Part shown: positions 35,113 through 45,793 of the stretch, piece after piece
Position numbering within the stretch: position 1 is the first letter of the stretch
How the letters are laid out: the number at the start of each line of letters is the position of its first letter
Assembly (NCBI GenBank): GCA_963733675.1
Contig: CAVTET010000001.1
Location: forward strand, 1,024,001 to 1,088,000
From: an uncultured Methanosarcinaceae archaeon
Lineage (GTDB): Archaea > Halobacteriota > Methanosarcinia > Methanosarcinales > Methanosarcinaceae
Direction of reading: 5' to 3'
Length of the DNA: 64,000 nucleotides
Made by a program: the position numbers and the translations under genes
Notes under the pieces: model-generated
The model's database searches: none
What the model was told of the DNA's origin: nothing
Seen by the model: the letters and a program-made list of their open reading frames with translations, nothing else

Positions 35113-37080
35113 TTACTGATACAAGTTACCAGGGTTACTATATACAATTGTAGGAATCTTTTTAGGAGTCTTTTTCAGAACATTGATTGTAGAAAGCATT
35201 GAATTTGTACCTACTGCATTGCTTACTGTTAAATTAACTGTATAGATTCCTGCTGCAAGGTAAGTATGCATTGGATTCTTCTGAATTGATCTAGCTCTGT
35301 CTCCAAAGTTCCACTTCTGTCCTATGGCATTTGTCGAGAGGTCTGTAAATTGAATCGTAAGGGGAACATAACCATTGGTTACGTTTGTACTGAACTTAGC
35401 TACAGGCAGACCTTTTACAGAAATATCTTGCGGATCAGTAAATGCTTTGATGCACACATTAGTATTTGAGTAACTTGGTTCTGTTGTTATATCGGTCCAT
35501 GTCTTTCCATCAGAACTTACAAAACTTTCGGATGCATTTGCTTTTGCTTGACTACTGTAACCGGAGATTGGCATTTCCACAGCAATTGGATAATTGTATA
35601 CAGGGTTTATAAGCTTCATTACTACGGAGAATTTTTGACCGGCGTTGAGCTTAACTCCAAAATTCAGGGGGACTGTATTGTAGCCTGCATTTGGAATTTT
35701 TCCATTTTGTGTAAGAGTAGGGCTATTTTGACCAATAGGTTGGAACCCAGTATTATTGTAGATCTTAATTACATAATTGCAGTTTATATCTGTCGTGTAG
35801 AAACTTATTGCCTTGAGGACTTCGTTGGATTTTGCAGTAAAGATATTTGCACACCAGCCAGTTGTGGGATTAGCTTGTGATGTGTTAATTTGCTGGGTCC
35901 ATCCAAGTGGATCGTATTGGTAGATATTTGTATAATCTTTAGGATTTTCAGCCATGAAGAGTATATTCATATCATATCCTATATTGGAATCGTAATAGGA
36001 AACATAGAAATACCCATTATTATTGTTTACATTACCCCAATCTGCTGCAGTTGTACCCCAGCTATTTTTTATGATAAATGCTCCATCTCCGGGTGGAGTT
36101 GTGGAGAAATTATTCTTACTAAAAGAGTCATTCCAGCCTACAATGGTCACTTCATGGTCAGATGATGTTGTTCCACTATAGTAATAACCATATGTGTTTT
36201 GGTTATAATTATTAGCATTAGTATTATAGGGATCAAAATACATTGCAGTAGCTACTCCTCCATAATTCATAATTGCTTGTTTTATATCCAGATTGTCCGT
36301 AGGACTATTTCTGGTCGGAAGAAAAGTTACATTTTGTACATGTTTATGTACAGGGAGTCCGATCTCATTGGACGAAAAGCTTGATGTATCGCTATAAGGG
36401 TCATCGCTGGTGTTCACAGGTCCGGTCCAGCGTGCCAGATAGGCAGTTGACATCACAGAGTCACCCCCGTCGTTGGGACCGTAATCAAAACCTTGCGGGT
36501 TATTTGCAGAAGAAAGCAGATTTTTCAGATTATTTTCTGAAAAGCTCCATAATCCTTTTGGCATTAAAGATGATTCAAGAGATCCGTAAGTTGCAAATGT
36601 CCAGCACGTACCTGCATCACCCTGGTTTTCCACAGGGGTTATCCTTTTGAGAGTTCGTAAGTCATAGGAAGTTGGAATAGATGTGCTTGCTGAAGCATAT
36701 ACTTCTGCGACTGAAGTATGTTTGAGATGACTAAGGTCCACAGGCGAGGGTGAGAAGCCAGATTTATGTCTACTTGGGGACTGTGTGGTTTGGTAAACAA
36801 ATTTTTTATTCTTGTATTCGGTAAATTTAGGATTTTCTGGTGCAAGTCCAACCTTTGTAGAAAATTCAGTTTGGTTTGTAATATCTGTGTGAATAAATTT
36901 ATAATCAATGGGTACAGATATTGATTTGTTTTCTTCTGAAAATCCTGCATATGCCATTGCTATTGATGAACCTATTACCAAGAACAAAACAAGAAGTTCA
37001 GTGAAAGTTACTAAATTTTTTAATATATTTATATCATTATTTATATTTCGATTCTTTTTCATATTTATCTCCTTATCCAT
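35113..37080 (-). CDS. Secreted C1A (papain-like) cysteine protease with lectin-like and PKD domains
   Basis: QGDAGTCWTF, HEVTIVGW, KNSWG, YQYD, PKD WNFGD; signal peptide. Confidence 0.92.
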   Translation of the reverse strand: MDKEINMKKNRNINNDINILKNLVTFTELLVLFLVIGSSIAMAYAGFSEENKSISVPIDYKFIHTDITNQTEFSTKVGLAPENPKFTEYKNKKFVYQTTQSPSRHKSGFSPSPVDLSHLKHTSVAEVYASASTSIPTSYDLRTLKRITPVENQGDAGTCWTFATYGSLESSLMPKGLWSFSENNLKNLLSSANNPQGFDYGPNDGGDSVMSTAYLARWTGPVNTSDDPYSDTSSFSSNEIGLPVHKHVQNVTFLPTRNSPTDNLDIKQAIMNYGGVATAMYFDPYNTNANNYNQNTYGYYYSGTTSSDHEVTIVGWNDSFSKNNFSTTPPGDGAFIIKNSWGTTAADWGNVNNNNGYFYVSYYDSNIGYDMNILFMAENPKDYTNIYQYDPLGWTQQINTSQANPTTGWCANIFTAKSNEVLKAISFYTTDINCNYVIKIYNNTGFQPIGQNSPTLTQNGKIPNAGYNTVPLNFGVKLNAGQKFSVVMKLINPVYNYPIAVEMPISGYSSQAKANASESFVSSDGKTWTDITTEPSYSNTNVCIKAFTDPQDISVKGLPVAKFSTNVTNGYVPLTIQFTDLSTNAIGQKWNFGDRARSIQKNPMHTYLAAGIYTVNLTVSNAVGTNSMLSTINVLKKTPKKIPTIVYSNPGNLYQ

Positions 37081-37796
37081 TTATCTAAGAATGTTTCATT
37101 AACTCTCATTTGTTACTTTTATCATATTTTAAAGATTACATTTTCCTAAAATCCAATACTTACTTCTCAAATTTTAAGTAATCTTCGATATCTATTTGCC
37201 AGCGACTAAAAACCAAGAACAGTTCTTATGTATCAAATTTTTGGAGTTTTCAGAGCTTCTTACTTCTAATAACTTTTGATAATAGTTTATATACTTTTTA
37301 ATTTTTTTCTACATATATTGTGCAGTGCTTGGTATGTAACTCACTGAATAAATTATGTGTTTATTGGTCACATCTTAAATTAATTTTTGAACACCCACAT
37401 TTCCGGTTTTTTGCATATTAATATAATTAGTCACATATAATAAAATGAGGTAAATATAAAAATAATTCTACAGATTGGAACTTTCGTCTGGAAAATATTA
37501 AAAGCTTTTTGTTGCTGAAAAGAGATTAAAAAGTGCTAAAATTTACAGAAAAATTTAAGCATTTGAGATGTTTAAGAATTGTTATCTGAACACATGGGTT
37601 GCTAATTTTTTTCCAGTTGATATAAACACAATTTTAGATTGGATAATTATTCAGTTCGCATGCTAATTTTTCTAAAAAACAAATAATGTCATGAAGTTGT
37701 GAGAAAGGAAAATACACCTCGAAAGAATCAGATCACACAAATTATGTATAAATTTAGCATTAGATTTTAGCAAATTTTAAACACTACCAAAATTAG

Positions 37797-37915
37797 CAAT
37801 GTACTGAAAGTTCCGTAAAAATGACTGATTTTCATCCTTTTCTTTCATTACAAAACATGATTTTCTGGTTTTCACTTATGTACAGGTTTTATAGTACAAC
37901 TGTGCATCATTGGAA
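37797..37915 (+). repeat. ~110-bp repeat, copy C
   Basis: Begins GTACTGAAAGTTCCGTAAAA, which also occurs near-identically at 1056-1075; core TGTACAGGTTT-TATAGT-ACAACTGTGCA. Confidence 0.6.
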
Positions 37916-37961
37916 ATGATAAGTCCTGCTTATTTAATCGTATATCACCATTGTTGACTCA

Positions 37962-38831
37962 GTGATAGATTTTTTATTGACCGGAAAATTGACTTTTTGG
38001 ATAGGGTATAAGTCCTTACTAAAACACCAGAGAATGATATTAATGATCAACGTGAACCACGATAGTGAATCTCTAGCAGAAAAGTATGATAAAGTAAGCA
38101 AATATCAATACATTAATGGACTTACTTTGGTAAAAAAATTAAATATTTCATCTAGGCACAATGTCTTGGACGTAAGCTGTGGTACAGGGCTTCTCACATT
38201 GAAACTGGCAGGTAAGGTTGACCATATTACGGGTATTGATCCTTCTATCCAAAGAATTGAAATAGCCTGTAGAAAATTAACTAAAATGAATCCTGGAAAC
38301 GTAACTTTTGAGCTTGGTAGCAGTGATGACATCGATCGTTATGGTGAAGACGTATTCGATGTTGTATACTTGAACGCAGTTTTTCACTGGATAAATGATA
38401 AAGAAGAAGCGCTGAATAATATCTACTGGGCATTAAAGCCCGATGGAAAGCTTGGTATATGTACCGGTGATAAGGACCATCCGTTCACGGTAAAGATAGC
38501 AGCAAAAGAAGTGTTCCGGAGGGCTGGAATCATTGAAGAAAGCGCAGATTTTAGCGCTCCAGTAAATACAGTAGAACTGGATTCAATGTTAAGAAAATCG
38601 GGTTTTAGGGTAATAGAAATAAAGCCAAAAAGAGATTTACGGTATTTCGAGACCCCTGCTAAATTCCTGGAATACGTCGAAGCGAGCTCTTTTGTGAATT
38701 TTCTGGGCAATACTCCGGTATCAGTACGCGATAACATAAAGGCTGAAATCGTGGCGGAGCTGAAAAAATATCAGATTCCGAAAGGCATAGAAAGCATTTA
38801 TCACGATTTGTTCGCTCTTGCTGAAAAATAA
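37962..38831 (+). CDS. Class I SAM-dependent methyltransferase (true start probably ~38034-38043)
   Basis: VLDVSCGTG, FDVV..AVFHW, LKPDG. Confidence 0.88.
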   Translation: MIDFLLTGKLTFWIGYKSLLKHQRMILMINVNHDSESLAEKYDKVSKYQYINGLTLVKKLNISSRHNVLDVSCGTGLLTLKLAGKVDHITGIDPSIQRIEIACRKLTKMNPGNVTFELGSSDDIDRYGEDVFDVVYLNAVFHWINDKEEALNNIYWALKPDGKLGICTGDKDHPFTVKIAAKEVFRRAGIIEESADFSAPVNTVELDSMLRKSGFRVIEIKPKRDLRYFETPAKFLEYVEASSFVNFLGNTPVSVRDNIKAEIVAELKKYQIPKGIESIYHDLFALAEK

Positions 38832-39313
38832 CTTGATAATAGTCCTAAAAAGCCTTAATCGAATTATATATGCTTTATTTTTGGAATAAAAGCTCAAATA
38901 ATAGTATTTATTGAAATTGAAGTTTATTTAATCTTTTTTACAGATATAAACACTTATTAATCAAAATTTTAACCAAACAACTTGATAGCAATCAAAAGAA
39001 CTGTTAATCACGTCATACAAGTTTTATTGTAAAATTAGTAGCTCAAATAGCTTTATTTTTTGAAGTCTATTTTTATTTAATTTTTTCAATTTTAAAAAGT
39101 AGCTATTTATTAAAGCCAAATAATTTAAGCACTGTAAATCACAAAAGACGCCTTTAATGATTTTAAAAATGGTGTAACATATAAAACCAATAAATATAAA
39201 ATAATGTATTATAATGTATTATTATCAATGCAGTCAAATTTGATGCAGTTAGATAATCTTACATAAGTGTTTTGTAGAAGAATTATTTAGAATAAAAAGT
39301 AGGAGATCAAAAT

Positions 39314-39661
39314 ATGTTAAAACAAATGAAAAAGACACTTGGTATTTTGCTAGCAGTTTGTTTTTTAATGTCCGTGACAGCTGCAGCAGTAAGCGCAGGA
39401 TCCGTAGTGGTTAAGGATAAGAAAACAGCCATTATAATCCTAAAAGATGTGAAGACTAAATTCTTCAAATATCAACACAAGTTGCATAGCCATCACCATA
39501 AATGGCACCACCACCACAAAAACACAAATATGAGTGGCAAAAAAGGTAAAAAAATGACCGTTAAAACCGAAAATGTTAATAAAATACCTATTAAAACCGA
39601 AACTAATAAAAATATGCCTATAAAAAGCGGAACCAGCAAAGATATGGCTGTGAAAAACTGA
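39314..39661 (+). CDS. Small secreted His/Lys-rich protein
   Basis: Signal peptide KKTLGILLAVCFLMSVTAAAVSA; HSHHHKWHHHH; RBS AGGAG. Confidence 0.75.
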   Translation: MLKQMKKTLGILLAVCFLMSVTAAAVSAGSVVVKDKKTAIIILKDVKTKFFKYQHKLHSHHHKWHHHHKNTNMSGKKGKKMTVKTENVNKIPIKTETNKNMPIKSGTSKDMAVKN

Positions 39662-39906
39662 ATCGGAAAAGATCTACAAATATCATTGATGGCTGAAGCA
39701 GAAACACTGATTTAAAAAAAATCAAACAAACTTCTCTAAAATGTTTTTAGTGGCATTTGGTGATATCCACATAGAAGACTTACAAACACATCTGCTTATA
39801 CCACCATGAATATCACAATAAGCAACTTGTTGAAATCAGAAGTTTGTTGAAATTATCTAGATTTTAACATGTTATTAATTTAAACAATATAAACGGAGTG
39901 AAATAA

Positions 39907-40062
39907 ATGTTAAAAATGTTAAAACAATCATCTAGTGGAATTAAAAAGGTACTGGCTGTTTTGCTGTTAGTCCTTTTTGTAGTATCGTTGACATCTGTGG
40001 CAGCTAGTGCTCGAGAAGAACGACATGGTGACCACGGACGCCATGGTGGCCACGGGCATTAA
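39907..40062 (+). CDS. Small secreted His/Gly-rich peptide (51 aa), probably truncated by a nonsense codon
   Basis: MLKMLKQSSSGIKKVLAVLLLVLFVVSLTSVAASA-REERHGDHGRHGGHGH*. The same frame continues QPGSYGYG...GCYQDPYTGLITCP. Confidence 0.65.
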   Translation: MLKMLKQSSSGIKKVLAVLLLVLFVVSLTSVAASAREERHGDHGRHGGHGH

Positions 40063-41086
40063 CAACCAGGTAGTTATGGTTATGGAACATATCCCTACTA
40101 TAGCAGTAGTTCTGGATGCTACCAGGATCCATATACTGGTTTAATAACTTGCCCCACATACGGTTCCTTATATTTGAACATGAAAATATACCACCTGACC
40201 ACATGGAAATATCATCTCAATGAAAACAAAAACTGCAAAAGATAAAACTGTAAATAAAGTACATGGAGTAACTTTACTAGAATATGAATGATAGCAATCC
40301 CTGTATGCAAATTGGAATAATTTCTTATCTGCATTTGAAGTCAAGCTTGCTCATTTATATTTATAAAAATGGATTTAATTTTAAGGCATGCTTTTACTTG
40401 AAAGATTGCTATTACTCTTGATTCTTAAGATTCTGCGCTCTCTGATCTCGTATGGTTATTATATGTGTGTAAGAGAAACTATACATCAGAGGGTTCCTTG
40501 ACGATTTTTCACTTTCATACACATAAACACACTAAGACATTTTATTTTGGGATCGATGCCATAGTGCATTTGTGTATTCTGACATATTACTTGAACATGA
40601 AATAATATCTAATTTTCACATATTAGTTAAATAGTAATTACAGTAACTAAATAGACTGAAATTTACATAGTCCTAATCCTGTAGACCATGATGGCAACCT
40701 TTTGGGATGAAGTTTATATTCCACTAATATGCAGAATATAAAATATAATCATCGTAAAATATATTAAAAATATATTTCTTAGTGAAAGCAAAAGTTGAAG
40801 AAATTTATTAAAAATTTATTAATTGAGACTAGGGTATTGAAAATTTGAGTTTTTGATCCATTTTGTTCATATTTCTAATTTTGTTTAGAGTACTATATAA
40901 TTATTTTTTCCATTACATTTTTTATTTATGCTTGTGATTCAGTTTAATTAGTTTCAAGTGTTCAAAGAGCTCCATATGTTCTATAGGTTACATAAGCTCT
41001 ATGCGTCATAGATCCATAATAATTTTCCTTTATCCTGAAAATTTAGTTCTGTATCAACTACCTAGGATGAAATTATTATCTTAGAA

Positions 41087-41938
41087 GGTTCCGTTGCAAA
41101 AATCCTTTCTAATGATACAATAGAATAAAAAGAAAATCAAAGATAGTAACATGCTATCTAATTCCTTTAAATGGAAGCGTTTTGAAGGAAAAATTATCCT
41201 ATTGAATGTAAGATGGTACTTAAAATATTCATTGAGCTATAGAAATTTTAAAAAAATGATGATAGAAAGAGGAATTCAAGTTGATCACAGTACTGTAATG
41301 AGATGGGTGCATCAATATTCCCCTGAAATAGAAAAGAAAATAAGAAGACATTTAAGACTAACAAACTATTCGTGAAAGTTGATGAAACCTATATCAAAGT
41401 AAAAGGTAAATGGAAATATTTTTACCGAGCAGTCGACTCAAATGGAGAAACAATCGATTTCATGTAAAGTGCAAAACGAAATAGGATAGCAGCGAAGAGA
41501 TTTTTTAAGAAAGCTTTGAGTTCTAATCATAACCAAATTCCAAGAGTAATAACAGTTGATAAGAATCCAGCTTATCCACCTGCTATAGATAAACTGAAAA
41601 ATAATAAAATATTACCTAAAAACGTAGGCATTTGACAAATAAAGTATTTGAATAACATTATAGAACAAGATCATAGATCTATAAAACGAATCGTTAATCC
41701 AATGTTAGGATTTCAGTCTTTTCGATCTGCTAATAAGACTTTAAAAGGAATTGAAGCTATGAATATGATCAAAAAAGGACAAGTAAATGATCTAAATTAC
41801 TCTGTTTTTAATGAAGTCAAATGTATTAATCAATTATTTGGTATAGTTTTATAATGTTAGTACATTTTCCTTGAATATTTTGATTTTTATTCATTACTTA
41901 TAGATTTACATATTTTTTTGAATTTTTGCAACGGAACC
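41087..41938 (+). mobile_element. IS6-family element, inactivated (copy 2, inverted relative to copy 1)
   Basis: Both IRs GGTTCCGTTGCAAAAA present; same frameshift and TAA as copy 1 plus an extra TGA; no target duplication. Confidence 0.93.
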
Positions 41939-42220
41939 CTAAATGGTGTATATCCATTTTGATTTTACATTAAAAAGAAAAACATATATACTAATATAGT
42001 TATCAAAATATCGATTATTAAATAGTTATTATGATTTTTACTATTTTTTGCTCGAATAAGGTCAATTTATAAAATAAAACTGTTTTTGGGAAAAAGGAGC
42101 CGCTCTGGAAGTTTTGGTAATTCCAGCTACAATTAGATGACATAATAAAAATAAGCAGGAAAGAACAATTTATTAAAAATAATTCCGGTTAGAGTAAAAA
42201 TATTAACCAGTTAAAGGCTC

Positions 42221-42652
42221 TTAACTTTCTCTACCTAAAGCAAACTTTTCTAGAATTTGTGCCCTAATGCCATCTGCATCATTGATTGCTATATCAACAA
42301 ATACATTCTGATTATCTGAAACAACATTCATTTTACGATATTGTCGTCTTGCGAAGTCTTCCGGGAAACGTCTCTCCAAAATCCGCATGTAAACTTGGCA
42401 ATTTCCAGCATCAGCTGCATCAGTAAGACGTTTAATGCATCCTTTTGCGGCATCTGCATCACGTTTCTGAATATGTTTATAGAACTGAAAATATTTCCCA
42501 GATTTTTCTGTTTTCCCCTTCTTCATCCAAAGATTGAATGTCTTATATGTTATGCCCATAAATTCGGAAGCAAGAGAGTATGTGAGTCCCAAAGCAACAT
42601 TATAGCCGATTCTCTGTTGTAGTTCAGGTGTCAATTTACAAGGTCTCGCCAT
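42221..42652 (-). CDS. Terminase small subunit-like HTH protein
   Basis: MARPCKLTPE..GITYKTFNLWMKKG...ILERRFPEDFARR. This pattern resembles phage genes that precede TerL; paralog of 1660..2090. Confidence 0.65.
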   Translation of the reverse strand: MARPCKLTPELQQRIGYNVALGLTYSLASEFMGITYKTFNLWMKKGKTEKSGKYFQFYKHIQKRDADAAKGCIKRLTDAADAGNCQVYMRILERRFPEDFARRQYRKMNVVSDNQNVFVDIAINDADGIRAQILEKFALGRES

Positions 42653-43383
42653 GGCTGTACCGTTTTTTATTTTGAATAATTAGTATAAGTGGATTTTATA
42701 TTTAAAATTTAGTTAGTTTCGTTATGTATGCGGTCGGGGTTTATACACATCAAATCTAAGCCATTTTTTGACTAGGCCAATATTTTACTAAGGACGGTAA
42801 GTTAAAGTTCCACCAGTAAGCTTAGAGTAAGTCGGTTTCTGACCACATTAAATCCCCATGTTCCTAATGTCATAGCACGGTAACTACCTTTAAGACATTT
42901 TTCATATATTTTTATCACTTTTAATTAATATAAATTAAGTTATTAATTATGTAAATAAACTGATGAACTGTAACTTACGATAAATATAGAACAGGAAATA
43001 AATGATTGTGGGGCGATTTAAGACATTTTCCTGAGTAGGTAAGGGGTGTATTTACAATAGATTAATTATAAACATGTTGTAGGGGCTGAGATTAAGTCCA
43101 GTAACTGGCAACCTTTCTGAGATTTAGACCGATATTATTCCTTTTTTGTGAGTCTACGACGTCCTGTAGCAGCTTCATCTGAACTTGGCAGGATCACCTA
43201 CCATGGTATTATTTCCCAGCTTCGTCTTCGATACTTCAAGACCTTTAGATCCATGAGGAATTAATGGTTTTTTTCCTGAAGTCATGCTTGAAATGTGAAA
43301 ACTAGGGGCCTATAAGGATCCGGTTCCCCAGAATCACTGATATCAATATCAATAAAAAGGAAAGATAATATTTTGAGTTCCTA

Positions 43384-43770
43384 CTATTCCCAAGCTTCAG
43401 TCATTCCTTCAGGCGCCATCATTCGGTTATTGGTATGTGTTCTTAAAGTGGGGTACTCTTCATAACAATTGTCACATAAAACAATTACAGTGGGGCTTTT
43501 ACCCCGTTGTCTTATAGTTTTTATCATCCCACGTTCTTCTAACTCATCCAATGCTTTAGGAAAAGCCCAATCAGGGATAGGGAGAAATGAGTTTATACCC
43601 TTCAGGGTGACTATTAAGTCTTTAGATTTCTTCACCCCTTTTAAATGTTAAATGTACATAGCAACTCTATATGTATGTCCCACTGAATTGGAAGGTAACT
43701 TTATAATCCATTCTGAAGGCATTTGAGATATGAAAGATCCCTTTATTTTATCTTTAGGATTCACCAGCAT
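43384..43770 (-). pseudogene. Winged-helix protein of the PolA module (internal stop and frameshift)
   Basis: ATG43770 after a GGGAG RBS; GSFISQMPSEWI..RVAMYI*HLKG joins 43384..43635 (ALDELEERGMIKTIRQRGKSPTV). Confidence 0.55.
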
Positions 43771-43870
43771 TATCTTACTCCCATTAGATATTACTTTTAA
43801 ATATTAAGTAGAAATAAAGAAGATATATTAAAGAAATATAAGTAGTAAAATCGATCCCGGAAGGCTTATG

Positions 43871-43982
43871 AATTTAGCTGTAAAGCTAATTAATTTTAGC
43901 TACAGGGCGAAATATATTTTGCTGTACAGCTAATTAATATGGCTCTACAGCTAAATTGGGATTAGGTTCTACAGCTAAATTG
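43871..43982. repeat. Iteron-like cluster TACAGCTAA(A/T)T
   Basis: Reverse copy 43871-43882; forward copies 43925, 43944-43958 and 43968-43982 (TCTACAGCTAAATTG twice); AT-rich tract adjacent. Confidence 0.6.
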
Positions 43983-44024
43983 AAAAGTCTGTCCAGGATC
44001 TTTCAGCCTCATTTATGGTGGGTT

Positions 44025-45793
44025 TTACTCTTGTTTTATCTCCATGAGTATCCGCGTAATAGGCTCCCAAGTTTCGACACCTTTCTCATCTATATACCTG
44101 TCAGGATAGCGGACAATATCGACATCTGTTTTCAATCTGTTACCTGCACCCAAAACGATCTCGGATGCATCACACATCAGCTTTCTTGCTATCTCTATCT
44201 CTTTGTCTGCCATCTTTCCGTCGCACTCAATCATCACTGCATCGTGAACTGGTGCAACAATTTTAATTTTATTCTCCGAAAGAAGGATGCATGCCACTCT
44301 AAGAATTTCAGCCCCAGTGGCTTGAATTGGAAAATTTTGGACAGTCAACATTTCCTTATTGCTGGAGCCTGAAACAATCATTTTCCATTTGTAGCAGGTT
44401 TCGATCCTTTTCATCAAACAGGCTTGAGTCCAGGTCATATCTACCCACCGCCAATAATTTTTGAAAATTCTTTTATGATGACTCAACAGTTCTTTTGCAT
44501 AAGGTGTAGGCTTGCCAATTTTAAACCCAAGTGATTCTGCACCCAGGCCATATTGAACGCCGAGTACACAAGATTTAAAAAGCTGTCTCACACTACCATG
44601 CGTTTCTTTTGTAGCATCTGCGGGGATTGAACCTGCTAATTTTGCAAAAGCTAGATATGGAGCCCCACTCTTATATGCCTCAATCATATTGGGGTCATTA
44701 GAAAGAACAGCTGCGATAAAGAATTCTTGTTGTGCATAATCAATATCTGCAAGTACTTTTCCCTCAGTCGGTGTTATTAGACTTCTCAGACTAGCAGGAA
44801 GTCAAAACATAAACCTAACTCTTAATTCTTCTCTATTCTTCTTCTCCTCGTCATCCTTAGGGGCATTTCTACCAGTCTTAGTTCAGAATGGGGAGATTAA
44901 GGTTCGACTTCTGCCATCTGAACCAGCCATAATAGACTTAAAGTTTAGCCCACCGATAAGAGCTTTTAATTCCTTCAAAGACCCTATTTCAGGATGGATT
45001 TCTGCCATTGCCTTGAAAGTTTCCTTATCGTTTTTGGCAGACCTGTATCAGTTCTCGGCCACATCCAATTATTGACTTGAATTGATCTCTCAAGATTATG
45101 TATCTTAAAACTAGTTCCTTCGTAAATTCCAAATTTGTCAATATTTTTGATCAACTTTAATTTTATTTTTTCCCATTTTTTTTGTAACTCATTAAGTAGA
45201 TAGGTATCAATTGGCACACCATTATATTCGATTTCTGCCACAGATTTCATATACTCCCCCCGATAGAGAGAAGTTGGTATATCAAAATCAGGAACCGTAA
45301 TCATCCGTTTGAATAACTCTACTGTTTCAAGCACTTCAGATTCACAATAACGCATAATGTATTCTTGATCTTCTTCAGAGTAAGGAGCGCCAGCTAAAAT
45401 ACGATCTCTTGCAGCATCTTTCTCCACTTTGCTAATAGTATCTATGCCAAAAGCTTTACACGCATCCAGCAGGTTTGCACCTCTTCTTTCATAAGAATGA
45501 TTAGTAAAGCATCTGTACTCTACGAACGTATCAATCACATTGAATGGCAAGGGCCAGTTTAAGACCAGGTGACACCCACACTCTGCTGAGCTCATGTGAG
45601 CAACAAATAAGTCATTTTCATTTATTGAATATGGTGGATGACGATTGTTTTCTCCAAAAAGCCACAGTCTTTTAGTTTCTCCAGAATTAATCTCATGGGA
45701 AACAACACAAACAGGTATTGGATGTTCGCTAGGTTTTGCGATGAATTCAAAGTCTATCACGTAAATGCGATCAAAAAATGGTAGGGGGAGCAT
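44025..45793 (-). pseudogene. Family A DNA polymerase (different subgroup from element 1), disrupted
   Basis: ExoI IDFEF, YCESE; DGRSR..TKTGRNAP; motif A DIDYAQQEF (~44725-44750); motif B RQLFKSCVLGVQYG; NFPIQ; motif C VHDA. Frameshifts and a stop in 44690-45030. Confidence 0.88.
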
